Source: Lama guanicoe
Taxonomy: Eukaryota
Direction of reading: 5' to 3'
Assembly (NCBI GenBank): GCA_013239625.1
Contig: MU053365.1
Location: forward strand, 560,001-624,000
DNA: 64,000 nucleotides
The position numbers and the translations under genes are program-made. Of the stretch, positions 12,781 through 26,150 are shown in pieces. How positions within the stretch are numbered: the first letter of the stretch is position 1; every line of letters begins with the position of its first letter. The notes beneath the pieces were generated by a model. That model was not told where the DNA came from. It saw nothing but the letters and a program-made list of their open reading frames with translations, and made no database searches.

Positions 12781-13700
12781 TTGGCACTGTTGTATTTGGA
12801 AGGTGGAGCTGGCTAAGAACTAGCAGAGGAGTAGGCTCAGCTCATGCAGAGGCTTGGACTAGTTAAGAAGGGAGGGCTGTCTATACCACAATTATTTAGA
12901 TCCTTGACTTGTGGCCACTCAAGACAAGATGGGTTCTGTACTCAGAGGCTCCTATATCCACTGGTACCCACACACACACAATGATGCTCAAGTCACATTT
13001 GCCCAGAGCACATGACCTGTCTCCCAGAGTCTGCTCAACACCTTCACATGCTCTAACATGCTTTTCCTGTAGGAAAGCCATCCCAGCCGCATGTTCTCTG
13101 CCACAGAGGGCATCTTAGAGCTCTGCATAAATGCATCACAGATCTATGGAATCCCTGAGTGTTTTGGAAGTACCACGCCCCCCAACTCCCAAGGCAATTC
13201 TCTCATTTGGAAAACACCATGTTAGCACAGACGGGGAAAGATCTGGCTCTCACATACATCAGAATGCAGGTAATGAACTAGCTGGATAACCCTTTTGGTC
13301 CTTTCCCCATGTCCACAGCAGTTCCAATCCAGCAACGGGAACTGGCCGCATGCGAACAAACTGAGTCAGTAACCTCATCAAAAATGTTGGTGAAACTAGC
13401 AATTTTGTACAGACACTGGCTCTTTCCCTGAACTATGAGACACTATTGCTGGAATAGAATTTGTAACTCTGTGATGTAAACATGATATCTTTATGTAGTC
13501 TCAATTATAATCCATAAGCCCTGGAGAATTGGGAAATAAGCATAAATAGTTAGACGTGGCTCATAGAATGACAGTGAACTACAGTAAACACTGGCCATCA
13601 AAAGAGGAGTCAAGAGTATGTCATTTTATTGAAGTAGATTGATAGATATCTCTAGTTTGAGTTGCTCATGGTCTTTCAGGGACACAAGACATGGCCATTA

Positions 13701-13873
13701 AGGATCTGAAAAAGAGTGTATGTGTATATTATATATATATATAATATACACACACACAGATATATATATGTATATATATATATATACATATATATATCGG
13801 AATCACTATACTGTACACCAGAAATTAACACATTATAAATCAACTATACTTCAATTTAATAAATAAACAAAAG
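13701..13873 (+). mobile_element. L1 3'UTR terminal fragment with expanded (TA)n/(CA)n
   Basis: atctgaaaaagag...(ta)n...aatcactatactgtacaccagaaattaacacattataaatcaactatacttcaat, the same terminus as the 2989 and 31013 copies. Confidence 0.9.
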
Positions 13874-13933
13874 AATTACAACACAAGGCAGGTTGTGACG
13901 TGTGAACTCACAGTGAGTACTAACAAAAGAAAC

Positions 13934-14150
13934 AACAGCTACCATTTGCTAAGTGCCTACCAGGTGCCAGGCACTGTGTTCCGTCCTCTACCTCCATTAT
14001 CTCATCTTTAATCCATGCAAAAACTCTATGGGACACTATTATCATTCCCAGTTTACAAATGAGAAAACAGAGACTTGGACATGTTCACTGACTTTCCTAA
14101 GGTTACACAGCAAGTACGTGGTACCATCCAGATTAAAATCCAAATCTGGT
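13934..14150 (-). mobile_element. MIR SINE
   Basis: gctaccatttgctaagtgcctac...gtgccaggcactgtg...cccagtttacaaatgagaaaacagagact...aaggttacacagc. Confidence 0.9.
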
Positions 14151-14539
14151 GCAAGCAGCGGACAGCCAGAGGTGTGAGAGCAGAGTCTGGGAGAGACAGC
14201 ACAGGTAGAAATAACTGGTTAAGAGAATTGACACTCCGGGAATGAATAAGCCTGATGGCTGAGTTTGCTCAAGACTGAAAACACAGAAGTGATCCCCCAG
14301 GCTAGGGTATGGAAGGGAAAGACATCCAATGACCTATGGGGAGGTGGGATGAGAGCCAACAGAATACAATGTCATGGAAAGAGTTTCGAAAGGATGGGGA
14401 ACAGTGGCAACTGCTCTCCCCTCTCAAAAAATAAAATTGAGAAAGATGAGGCCTGACAAGAGATCGCTGCTTAGGAGGCTGTGAATGAATACCAGGGGTG
14501 CAGGCATTCAGTGTCATCTTGGAGAAGGTGCCTGCGATG

Positions 14540-14880
14540 TAGCGAGGTAGGAGTGAAGGGAGGAAATTTAAAGACCTTGGCTCAAACTCCACATCAGACT
14601 CTTTTTTTTAGGAAATTTTTTTTATTTTTAATTTTTTAAATAATTTTTTCCCCTTAACAGAGGCACTGGGGATTGAACCCCAGACTTTATGCACAAGCAC
14701 GCATGGTACCACTGAGTTATATCCCTCCCCCCACATCAGGCTCTTGATTACTATGCTCTTAATAACCTTCTTAAGCCTCAGTTTCCTCATCTGTAAAACG
14801 GGCTTAATGCCAGCTGCCCTGCAGGAGCTGTGAGGAGCTGAGGGAGAAAAGCATGCTACAGGGTGATGGAGCATATTGGA
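14540..14880 (+). mobile_element. MIR SINE split by a younger SINE
   Basis: Core aagcctcagtttcctcatctgtaaaacggg at about 14773-14802; 5' part upstream of 14600. Confidence 0.85.
14604..14730 (-). mobile_element. tRNA-Ala-derived SINE (vic-1-like), copy 2
   Basis: Reverse-complement head gaggcactggggattgaaccc...accactgagttatatccctcccc with T-rich tail; 15-bp TSD ccacatcagactctt (14589-14603) / ccacatcaggctctt (14731-14745). Confidence 0.92.
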
Positions 14881-15069
14881 TCTGGGCTCAGTGCAAGTGG
14901 GGTGGCAGTGCCAGGTTGGTCACTTTCGGCCATTCTTCAGGCACTCCAGGTTATTGTTACCATCAATAGAAAGTGACCAGCCTGGCTCGAAGTAAGCAAT
15001 CCCTGAACATGGAGCAGATGTAAGTATTATTATTAATGGAATTGAAATCTGGCAATTAAACTAAAGTCT

Positions 15070-15240
15070 ACTCTCAAAAAGGGTCAACAAAATATGCAAT
15101 AAAAACAGACTATCTACAGGAAGAATAGACACAAAACTGTTTAGTCATTGTTAACATGGCGGTGGCGGGACTTTTAATTTCTTCTTTATACCGTCTGACT
15201 ATGCGAAAACCACTAGAATGAATATGTACTGTTTTCTAAG
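15070..15240 (+). mobile_element. Old L1ME-like 3' end
   Basis: acacaaaactgtttag...ttttaatttcttctttataccgtctg...gaatgaatatgtactgtttt. Confidence 0.5.
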
Positions 15241-15320
15241 TTCTTATTATTTATTGACATGTGGTCAATTTACGATGTCAGTTTCATGTGTATAGCAAAG
15301 TGGTTCAGTTATACATATTG
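15241..15320 (-). mobile_element. Short L1 3' terminal fragment
   Basis: tttattgacatgtggtcaatttacgatgtcagtttcatgtgtatagcaaagtggttcagttatacat is the reverse complement of the artiodactyl L1 tail. Confidence 0.8.
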
Positions 15321-15659
15321 CGTATTGTTTTAATAACAAGAAAAAGGGTACTTGGAATAAAGAAAATGAGATTAAAAAAAAAACCAGACTCTAGTCAGGC
15401 TACATAAATTTCACTAGGTTGAATAACTCTCAAGCAGCAAAATGATTACTTTGTGTGTAATCTCCAACATGGAAGGCCAATACAGATGCAATTCTATTTA
15501 GGGGGACAGAAAAACTAAGGTGGATTTGTATCTGAGCTATGAACCAGCACTTCCCCCTTTAAAATTCTATGAAGCACAGCCTTGCCAGTTCCTCCGAAAA
15601 TTAGAACAAAAATGGGAGAAACTTTTCCCAAGCCTAAAGGATATTATTCTTGGCAATAA

Positions 15660-16560
15660 AGAACCATGAAATTAATGAGCTGTCTACTAAAGATCTACCA
15701 TTAAAAATGTATATGAGAAAACCGGTCTATGCTAACTCCATTCCCTCGGTGTGTAAACGCTATCCTGGGAGTTAACTGAGCACTTAGGAAAGTTCCATTA
15801 ACTCTTGCAAACCACCGCCATCTCAGCCGGCTGTGAAAGAGGCATTTGTTCTCCCCTCCCCCACCAGCGGCCTCCAACAGTGACCAGGCTTTACCAGGAA
15901 CGGCCACTGCTGTTCCCAAACAGGGCCCCAAGTGCTCTGGGCGCCCCCAGCCTTGGCAGCCCCGCCCTCCATGAGGCACAGCTCCCATCCTCTGCAAAGG
16001 ATGTATAAGGACCCAGATGATTAGGTCGCACTAACTGCTTATATTGGAAAATGAGGAAATGCTAATGAAATTGCTTTTACGGGCTGACATTCATGGATGG
16101 CAGAAAGGGACGTTAGAGCAAGGAGTCCAGCATTTGCTCTTTGGGAGGATCTCTGCTCCCGGCCCCAGCTCGACGGCAAAATGCGCACGCGGGCACACCC
16201 ATGGCCACGCAGGCTGGAAAGGTCACCGGGCACTGGTTAACCTTGAAAGGGAAAGAAAAAACCTCACTATCCCCCCCCACAACACTCCCTGAGCCTCTTG
16301 TAAATCATTTTCATATTCATACACTTAAGCATTAATTTACATACTTAATTTCTGACAGGCTGACAACCGCAGCCCTTCTCCCCTCTCAGTGTAAAGTGAG
16401 AAGTCAATTGTTATTCAGTGTATCCGTTACAGTGGTAGTGCCGCTAACTGTATTTTATATAATGTGCTATCTGCAGAAAGGCAGATAAGAATTTGATTTA
16501 ACATCCAATTAAAAGCCGTCATTGAAAAATTACTTCAAATAAGCCTTTTATTTTCTTTAA
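15660..16560. promoter_or_regulatory. Candidate conserved non-coding element / enhancer
   Basis: No recognisable TE; many TAAT/ATTA cores, ATGCTAAT, TGACAG, AGATAA, and locally retained CpGs (16150-16230); conservation not tested. Confidence 0.4.
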
Positions 16561-17254
16561 TCAGTCTTCAATTCAAGCCTTCCTTGGACCTACTGAACCA
16601 AGCATCAGGACTCATGAATTTTGATTAAAAAATTTGAGCCCATTTCTAACTTAAGCAGATTTTTTTTGTTGCACTGTTTGATAGAAATTTAATAAATCTA
16701 TGAATGCTCGCCAGCATCATTTATCATCTTTTTTTCCGCAAGACTGGCCTATTATACCTAGGCAGTAAATTATGAGGGAACCAGCAAACCAAAACTTTTC
16801 AGCCCGTTACTGAAGAAGAGATATAATCACTCGCATTGAACCATATAATTATAGTAGAATATGAAGCTCTGAAACATTAGGTCCTGTTTTGAATATGTAA
16901 TGCCCATGCTTTGAGAGCCTAAAAGATTTCTGGCTGATCTAATATAGCTCGGTTTAGCACCATATTAAAGGATTTGTTGTTGATGAAAATAACAGCAAGG
17001 AAAAAAAAAAGAAACCTACAAACAACAAAATATTCCCAGGCAGAAATATTTGGGAAGTGACCTTCAGCTACGAAAGGCAAGTGGAAAACCAAAAACCTTC
17101 ACCCTGGAGCTTTGTTCATGTCTTGTGATGAAAGTTCAAAATGTGTCACTTCCATGGGTTCTCTAAGCTAAAAGCTTTTTGTTTTTGCATATACGTTCAA
17201 GGTTTTACCTATATCCTTCACAGAGTTTTCATGGGCTTAATGTATATTCCTTTA

Positions 17255-17430
17255 TATATTCAAAAATTGTTTACTAAGGTATCAGGCACTATGTTGGGTA
17301 ATTTAAAAGTGACATTGATATTGTGAGATAAGTGCTATGTGAGGGTACGAGCAGTCAGGGGTCAAGGGGGACTTCCTTGCAAAAGTGTCATTTCAGCTGG
17401 GTCTTGAAGGGTGCATAGGAGTTCGTGAAG
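17255..17430 (-). mobile_element. L2 fragment
   Basis: attcaaaaattgtttactaag...caggcactatgttggg...gataagtgctatg...catttcagctgggtcttgaagggtgcataggagtt. Confidence 0.7.
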
Positions 17431-19710
17431 AATAGCCTACTTTATTGCCAACAATAAGCTTCATCAATACCTTTGTCTCTGCATGTGTGAGCCAGGAAGG
17501 CTTCATGTAGAATCATAGGGTCATAGTGAAAGATGTACTTGAAAGAGATTTGTATTTTTCTAAGGAAAAGAGATGTCCAATGCTTCTCTTGTGCCTAGGA
17601 ACCCCACCCCAGACTGTCTGCCTATCTGCCACCATGCCAATGACTACACAGACTGAATTTCCTTCTTTCCAAAGTCAGGAAGACCCTTTCACATTTCTAT
17701 GCTTTGGTCCAATCTGTTTCTACCTCCTGGGATGTCATTCCCAACCAATTTCTACCAGCGAATTGGCCCTCAGACTTCAAGAAGCAAATCCTCTCTGAGA
17801 ATCCATGCCTGATGGCAGTCAGTCCCTCCTTGCTTGACTTCCCACAGCATCCTGGCCATCTCTCTGTTAGAGGGCATGGTATTGCCATGGCTCATTTACT
17901 TGTCTGTCTTCTACACAAGACAGAAAGTAGCAGGTAATGCACTATAAATGAATGAATAAACGAATGAATGAATGAATAAATCGATAAATTGCACTGATTT
18001 GTATGGCTGTGGTAACTCCTCTGTAGAAGGGAAAACACTAGCCTAAAACTGTTAGGCAGGGGTTTAACGTGCTCTAACAGATACATGGCATTGATCCTTT
18101 TAGAAAAACCATCACTCTGATTGATACAATGAAAGAGGAGGGATTCTGCCTGGCTTTGCAACCTATGTTCTCTGATTCATGGTCTTCCAAAACGCGCTGA
18201 GTATAAGGGATGGCAAATGATGCTATGAAATAGTCATCTTTTTAAAGGCCTGAGAGAAGAAAAAGTTAGTCCATAGCTGAGTGAAAACTAAGCAGCATCT
18301 TATAAATAGAGCTGATATCCAAAGGAGGAAAACAGAATTTTCCATGAAACGCCTAACAGGGATTCAAGATTAATTAAGAACTGACAGAAGCGGAAGACTA
18401 TGGCTCCTCGGCTGCCTGTAGCACCCTCACACGCTGCTAACAAAGTGGCCATTTCGACTGATATGTCTTAATTTTAGTTTGCGCTACTATGTTTTTTAAT
18501 TGACAAGCTACACAGCGAATGCTTTTTTTCCCTTCCAATAATACAGTATGATTGTCAGCTTATACGTACCGGTTCCTGGCGCACATATAACCACAATAGA
18601 CACTGCAGGCCTGAGGATTTAAAGAGATGGGAACAATAATCATCACATTCATATACAGGCGCAGGCGCAGGAAGTCCGGGTTAAGTTTCAAAATAGTTTT
18701 AAAAACATTTGCCAAAGTCTTTTTTGTTTGTTTGTTTGTTTCATGTTTAAACTAATGGACATTTCAAGTAAAATAAAGTCCATATGTTGCTGATCCATTT
18801 TAAATTAACTCATCAAAATGTTGTTTTTGCAAGAAGCCAAGAAGCACTTGACTTCTAAAAGAAATCCTGAGGTGGGTACATGGGAGAAATGGTTAATGGA
18901 AATTAGAAAATGTCTTCTATCTCCCCATCCCCAACTACGGAGCTGCATCAGAGGGTTCACATCTGGTCAGCTGTTCACTGTCCGGAATATGATAGGTGTG
19001 TAACAATTTTAGAACCTGCACGCACAAGGAGATGAGCTAGTCCAATTTTCAGACAGTCCAACATTTTAGAAGGGAAGCCACAGAGAGGAAATGACTGGCT
19101 CAGGGTCATACAGCATTAGAAATATGGCAACATGGAAACCTAGGCGGGCTGATCACTAGTCGATTTACAAAAGGACATTGATAGGGGATATTTACAACAG
19201 CAATAATCTGCCAACGGGTCCATCTAAGGAAAGCAGGGAGCCAGGCATGAAGGTCAGCACTTGCTATGCCAGATAGAGACGGCTTGGGAAATCCTGGCCT
19301 ATCCTTTATTTCCTTAGCCAAAGTCCTACACGTTGAAAGATCCTGAATCTTCACTGAATCCTCCCTTCACAGTGAGGGGCACTCCTACTTCACAGGTGAG
19401 AAATCAGAGAGCGATCATGACCAGTCTAGGGGTAAAAAGGGAAGCCAGGTCAGCTTAGAACCTGACAGCTGCAGCGGTCTCCCTTGCCATACCTTCCTTC
19501 TTTGGACCTGATACAAACAAAACGAAACAAAGAAACTAAAATAAGACACTAATGCGACTTTTCCGTAGAACGATACTGTTGTTAAATATTTGAAGGCCCT
19601 TAGAACATCGGCAAGCACCATGTTTCCATTTTGGTCACTGTCACCTTGAAAAGGGGGTGGCACAACAAGAGAGGCCCTGAGAGTTTAAAATTGTAATTCT
19701 AAAGACAATC

Positions 19711-19945
19711 TAATGACATGGAAAAAGGCTCATGATATTACTTCAAGAGGAGTCAAACAAGGTACAAAACTCTGATTGCAGCTCTAATCTTAATTCTTGT
19801 CTTCTACATGTACGTACACGCAAAAGTCAACCACGCGGTCAATGTTTCCGGGTGATGCTATTATGCCTTTATTTTCTTCTATATACTTTTACATACATGC
19901 AAAGTTCTTAACATTATACAATAATATCATTTTATCAGGAAAAAC
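19711..19945 (+). mobile_element. Old L1ME-like 3' end
   Basis: aatgacatggaaaaaggctcatgatatta...ggtacaaaac...ttattttcttctatatacttt...tcattttatcaggaaaaa. Confidence 0.6.
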
Positions 19946-21284
19946 AGACAAGAAGCTTGGTTATGAGCCAGGTTTGAGCTGCAGCCCCACGTCTTATTAG
20001 AATTTCATAGGCTGTTTCTAGACAGAAATCCCAGCAGAGTGGAAAGAATATAATATAAGCACACGTGTACACATTTCTTCCTATATCTTTCTTATAAACA
20101 CATTTATTTATGCTTCTATCCCCTTTTAAAAGTCAAATCCATTCTCTAGTTACCAGTATACCATGCCCCTAATCACTTAGGAAACTATTTGTGATAGAAA
20201 CCATTAAGAACTTCAATTTTAATCAAATAACTCGTATGCCCTACCCTGATGCTCAAACAAAGTTCCTTTTATAGATCACATTAGAGCTTTTGCCTTTTCT
20301 ACCCGGGTACATCCTCAGTCAATGCCCTTTGTTGTTGGATGAGTAAACATGGTTAAGAGAAGAAAGAATTCAGGGTGCTCCAGTAAAATGCAAAGAGCAG
20401 AAAGAGCAAGAAAACAGAAAATTCACCACATGCACCCTCCTCACCAAGCTATGCACAGATACACACATATACATACATAACCACCCCTCACTCACAGCTC
20501 AAAGGTTCATTACTGAATGTTAGCTTTTATCGTTTAATAAGACATGAAGGGCAAAATATCCAAACACAAGAAAACATTGTCAGGTATTAACTTGTATTTT
20601 AACCTATAAAAAAAGATCTATTACAGAAGTCTTGAATTTAATAGATTGAAACGTTTGGAGCTACAATCTTGATTTTAACTCATGTAACTGTTGCTCACTT
20701 ATTTTTACAATAAAAAAGTCTCTGATGAATTGCATTCATTTCTTTAAATAAGCAGGAAAAAGGTGGAGGTACTGGAGAAATAAATTTTAATATTCTAATA
20801 TGTACCAATCCTTTGACCTGTTTAAAAATTATCAACTATATGACAGAGCCACTCTTCGGTCAAGTCCCACCCTCAATGTAGTCTTAAGGTGACATAACAA
20901 AACAAAATATAAATCACAGACTGTGTTTAAATTCCAAAGAGCAAAACGTAAGATTGAAAGACAGAATAACTAAAGAGAGGGTGGCTATGCACATAAATAT
21001 ACACAGATCCGCAAACAGGATTGTGCATTAGAGAACCTTAGGAGGTATTTTTGTACTCATTCTGGGATGAATAATTCTTTTACTAGGTTGTTCGTTTTTC
21101 TAACATCAAAGATAACGTGCTGTCTCTTGCTTTAATGCCTAAGATGCATGTGACTCCCACACAAGCCACCTGCTCCTATCTGTCAAGCCACTGCAAAACC
21201 CAACATTCTATTCTTATCTGAACCTCTTCCTCAAGAGTTTGGTGATCTACTTTGTACCTGTAGACACACAGTGACATTTTCTTC

Positions 21285-21420
21285 AGGGTCAGGTTCCAGT
21301 GCTGCCACTTGCTTGCTGTGTGACTTTGGAAGAAATAGCAGTCTCCTTCTCTGAACCCAAGTTGACTAATCTGTCAAACACGCTAGATGGTCTTGGGGGT
21401 TCCTTCCAGTTCTCACATCT
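21285..21420 (+). mobile_element. MIR3/MIRc-like SINE
   Basis: gctgccacttgcttgctgtgtgactttgg...ctagatggtct...ttccttccagttctcacat. Confidence 0.7.
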
Positions 21421-21749
21421 CTTTCTCTGTACGTAAGCAGTCAACCCAGTTGAAGGCCCACAAAAAACAGAAAGGGGAAAACTTACAGGAAACCAAGTTT
21501 ACAATGGACTATTTTGGTAGACAGGTTTTACTACTCCTATTATTTGGTGGAAGTAGTGGGGAAGGGGGGCCTCCTCTCATTGGTAAATACTGAGCTAGAC
21601 TTTCAAAATCTTAATTCGTAAAATGGTTGTGGTGAACATCTTCAAAGTTAAGACTCTGGGCAGCCTAAGCCAACCAAGAGAATGGCCTGTCTTCGGTAGC
21701 TATCATGCATGTCATGTACGGGGTCAACAAGGAAGGATGGAGTGGAAGT

Positions 21750-21945
21750 TGGTCTGGTGTAGTGAAGAGTACAAGGTGGGGAGTCCCCATGGACTTGGGT
21801 TCGAATTCTAGTTCCATGCTCACTTCATGGCTTTGGGAAGGCTGGCTGACCACTCCTACTTCCTGGGGTATTGGAAGGTTCAGATGAGACATAATGATGT
21901 GCAAAAGGCCCAGCAGAGCACCATGCATACAGATGCTCAGTAACT
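21750..21945 (+). mobile_element. MIR SINE (internally deleted)
   Basis: gacttgggttcgaattctagttcca...cctacttcctggggtattggaagg...agcagagcacca...gatgctcagtaa. Confidence 0.7.
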
Positions 21946-23489
21946 TTATTCCTTTTCTCTTCCATCTTCAATGGCGAGGCTCAAAGTACCACCATCCCCA
22001 CAGTCCCCTCCTCCAAACTTAGGCCAAACTCCTTAGCAAAGATAAGATGTCACATAAGATCTCAGTGTCAAGAGCTTCTTCAAAGAAGGGCCTATTACAG
22101 GAAAGGAACCCACAGACGGCTAGAGGCAGACAGTACAGAGCAAATGCTTTTCCACCACCCTCCCCGTGTGAGCCTCATGGGGCCTGGGAGTTCTCTGCAG
22201 GGTGAATAGAGGGCCAGGCAGGGCACACAGCTCTGTCCCCAGGCTGCTGGTCCCACACCATTATATTTATATAAAGTGATGCCATGTGAGAATAGTTACT
22301 AGTCTTACTGAGAATGGCACTACTGCTGGAACAGAGGAAACAGCCGGGTAGGTTCTGGTCTCCTTCTGTTCAGATTACAGACCATACGCATGTAGCTACA
22401 TGACTGGCTAGTTGTGTCTCCCTGAACAAATTAGCTTTTGGTCAGGCCCACTGTCAAATTAAGACATTTTCCTGTGCTTGGTGAGACTGAAAGCCACAAT
22501 TTCCAAGCATTAATTATATCCACTGGTGGGTTGTACATCTACTGATACGTTAACACAATGGCAGGGCTCCAAAAGGGGGGAAAAACCTACAGGCAGAAAA
22601 CCACAAGTCATGGAGTTTCAGGAAGCATGACTTTTGCTTTAATAAAATTGTATTTTTGCTCATCAGTAGTGTTTTAATTTTTTCATTTTCAGAAAAGTCA
22701 TTCGTAGACTCCTCCACATCAGGGATCAGAGATAAGCCTACTGACTCCTGACATCCAGAGTACTAGCCAAGTTCCTTAGACAGAATCAACGTTCTTCCTA
22801 ATATTTATGCATACAAGAAAGAAAAGTATGCCAGGCTTAAGAGACATGTGGTTTTATGGCAGAAAAACCCTACAGTATTTAGCACCTAAGGTAACAGTGC
22901 TACAGACATGAGTGCTGTGACACAAATATTTTATTGAATAAATGCATGAGCATTTCACCCACCCGTAATCAAATGTCCTTAACAGGTAACATAAAGCATG
23001 TAGGCACTATGTCGCATGAGTGGTGAAAATAAGCCAATATAGATTTACTTTATTCTCCTCAGCTCATCAATGGGGAGAAATAATGAAACCCCCCTCCAGA
23101 CAAACCCTTGCAGGGAAAAGAATAATTATGATAATTGTTTGAGGTTGACCGCTGTCATTGATGGAAAGTTAACTGCATCTCTAAATCAGTTAAGATAACC
23201 TCTTGACCAAAGATCAAATTATTTCTAAGCTGGTGCTATCTATGCAAAAGGAGAAAGGAAGCAACAAATGTGTCATTCAGTATTGTCTGAACACAAGAGT
23301 GGTCTGCTGGGTTATTGGTTTCTTCCTGCCTCTAGTGACAGGTAATTAACCTGGACAATCACAGGCCCTTTGCTCAAAATACATTCCTCATCTCCAACAG
23401 AAATTTCCAAATAAATAATTCTTGATAGTTTTCAAAAAATGGGTAGAGGAAGCATCTTCTGTAGCCCTCCAGCCCACGCCGGTGGGGCA

Positions 23490-23620
23490 GGTACCAGATA
23501 TTTCCATTTTGCATGAGCCCATGAGACAGAAGATCAGAAAGCTGGAGTGACTTACCCAAAATCACAGTCATAAAAAAATTGGTAGAATTTCCCCTTGCAC
23601 CCTTGGGCCTTTTGAATCTG
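23490..23620 (-). mobile_element. MIR SINE fragment
   Basis: tttccattttgcatgag...gagtgacttacccaaaatcacag. Confidence 0.6.
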
Positions 23621-24342
23621 TATCCAAATTCTTTCTAAACTCTTCCTTTCTAAAAATAAGCAGGGCTTCCTATCCTGTTCAGAAGGATACTGCTATGTCA
23701 AAGGAAAGGTGGAGGTTGCACTCTGAAGGAAAATTCTACTTCTTAGATGCTTGGGGGTGGGGTATCAAAAGTGAACCCGTAGTATGATATCATAACAAGG
23801 TGAGCCCCACACTCTCGCAGATGAGGTCTTCCCATTCCTATTAAAGCCATCCATTTAGATGGATTCAAATGTTGCCACCTGAGTGTAGGTCCTTTGGGAC
23901 CGGCCCTTCACCAAAACCAGCTGGGAAAGCCAGACTCGCACCTTGGCTCAATGCTGCCCAGTCCTGATGTGCACGCACGTACAGAGGAATATTTCTCCTG
24001 AAGCTGGTGAAGCCCAGAGATAAATCCTTTGGGGTCTTTTGGGGGTAGAGGAGCAGCAGGAAAATTTAGGCCCCTCAAGGAACTGGATGCCACATCTTGA
24101 AGTGACTGTCTCACTGAAATGACTTGTCAGAAAGAACTGGTCTCTGAGAGAGTGGCCTCCGGGGTCTTGCCCATACGTGTGCATCCAACCCTCCTGGCTG
24201 CAAAGCTCCCCCTCCTGGTGTGCTTCGGCATCAGTGGGGTTGCCAGTGGCTCAAGTGGAGTTCCTCTCTTGCACAGCTCCCCTTCCTGAGGCCACAGCCC
24301 CATCAGAAAGCCACATTTTTTGGCAGCACAGAGCTCGGCTCC

Positions 24343-24390
24343 CGCTTGCCTGAACTTCCTGGTGAACGCTTGCCTGAACTTCCTGGTGAA
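24343..24390. repeat. Perfect 24-bp tandem duplication
   Basis: cgcttgcctgaacttcctggtgaa twice (24343-24366, 24367-24390). Confidence 0.97.
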
Positions 24391-25199
24391 TTGGTTTGAA
24401 GTCCCAAGAATAGTTTCACTTGTTTGTTTGCTGGTGGTAGAACTGACATGCGTGGTTGGCTTCAGATTTTTTTTTCATTTAAACACTGCTAATACTGGCC
24501 AACCAACCCCAGCTGTTTTGAAAAATGTTAATTCTGCATCTCATGATTGTGCACTTTTGCCATTTGGAGGGAAGGCAGTGGGGAGTAGGCTGGCTTCCTG
24601 AAAGAGAATGTAATCTAAATCTTCCCTTAATTCACTCAGTTTAATTCCTTAACACTCTATAATGGCCTGAGGTCAGTTAGTCAAGGCATTTTTTTTTCAT
24701 ACCGTTGCCATTACCATTTTGAAAAATGCCAAAGTATCTTTCAGTCGCTGGGCCCTTGGGCCACAGGCAAAGGTCTCTGCTAAATCCTGAGACACGCCTG
24801 AACTTCACCTGTCACCCATGGACAGACAGGTCACCTCATTATTTAGCAGTCTAAGGTCTTTGCAACATCCTTTGAGCTGGTGGAAGGCAGCCTCCAATCG
24901 GTTGCAAAAGCCCTAGAAAGGTTCTCAAGACAGCTTTGGATGTTACATTTGTTTTATAAAATTAAGTTCTGTGAATTAAATGCAAATGGCTCGAGAGGAT
25001 TTGCAAATGAAAGGGAAGGCATCAGGGATTACTGCTGAACAACACGGTGCCGCCCTTTTATTCCTTCCAAATGTTTCCTCACATTTAAAACATTCAGTAC
25101 TGGGGGGGTGTTGACTTTTCTGAAGATCTCGAAGCACATTAGTAGAAGTATTAGAAATGTTATTAATGATTATTTCATGCCAAGAATATGCTAGCACTC

Positions 25200-25370
25200 A
25201 CACGAATGCGTAGAGCATTCCTACAAGACAATTACCATTGGTGGCAAGAATTACTATCCCTATTTCACAGCTGGTGAAAAGGAAAGCCAGAGACGCTAAG
25301 TGATGTGTCCGCCCATACAATGGCTGTGACACAGGCAAGGCAAAGAGGAGAGTCGAGACAATTATCTGGC
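25200..25370 (-). mobile_element. MIR SINE
   Basis: attactatccctatttcacagctggtgaaaaggaaagccagagacgctaagtgatgtgtcc. Confidence 0.7.
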
Positions 25371-25449
25371 CACGTCAAGGCAATAAAAACAAGTGATTGA
25401 GAGGAAAGTGCCTCCTCCCCCTGCCCCCACCACCCCTGAATTAGCCGGG

Positions 25450-26150
25450 TCACTCTGGCTGCAGATTAAATTCACTGGGTAATTGTTTTAATTCCCCCTT
25501 CAAGCCCTCATCAACCCTGCCCTGAACTAACGCACCACCTGACTGGTCTGTCTCCCCGTCTGCAGTCTCACGCCCCTCCAGTCCGTGCTCCGCACTCCAG
25601 TGGAATTCAAATGCACCCGAGCAGGCTAGCCTCCTGTTCACAAGCCTGCTCACCAGAGAGCAAGTCCTCCCCACCCCTCATAAACCTCTGTTAGCAAAGA
25701 GGACAACCTCTGCAGGGGACACTGAGGACTCCACCATCTCCCCACCCAGCCTCATCTCCCTTCCCAGGCCAACCCCCACCCCCGCCCCGTCTCCACCACC
25801 CCCTTCCTCTCCTTCGTCTCTTTGTTATTCGACGAGAAAGGGCCTTTCTCTACGTCCCACCCATCAGTAGGATGTCATCCTTCAAGGCCTCTCTCCAGTG
25901 GCCCCTTTTCTTTGGTCCCTTCAGTCAGAAAGCTCTGCTGGCGCAAGTTTTCCCTTCAGCCTCTATTTTACACACACATCATTCGGCCTTGTTTGTGTTT
26001 CTGTTCTGTCCCCATACTCTGATCCACTCCACGGAGCCACAAATCCCTGGCAGGCAAAGACAACCTCTCACTCATCCCCGAGCTCCGGTGGTTAGCGCGG
26101 CGCCTAGAACCCCGGGAACGCCAACACGCACGTGTGCGGACAGAACCAAA
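25450..26150 (+). mobile_element. L2 LINE 3' region
   Basis: caagccctcatca...cctgactggtct...cccctccagtcc...tcatccttcaagg...aaatccctggcaggcaaagac; degenerate, GC-shifted tail. Confidence 0.7.

Noticed and set aside
24343..24390. CRISPR-like direct repeats
   Set aside because: Only two abutting units with no spacer, in mammalian DNA with no cas genes.
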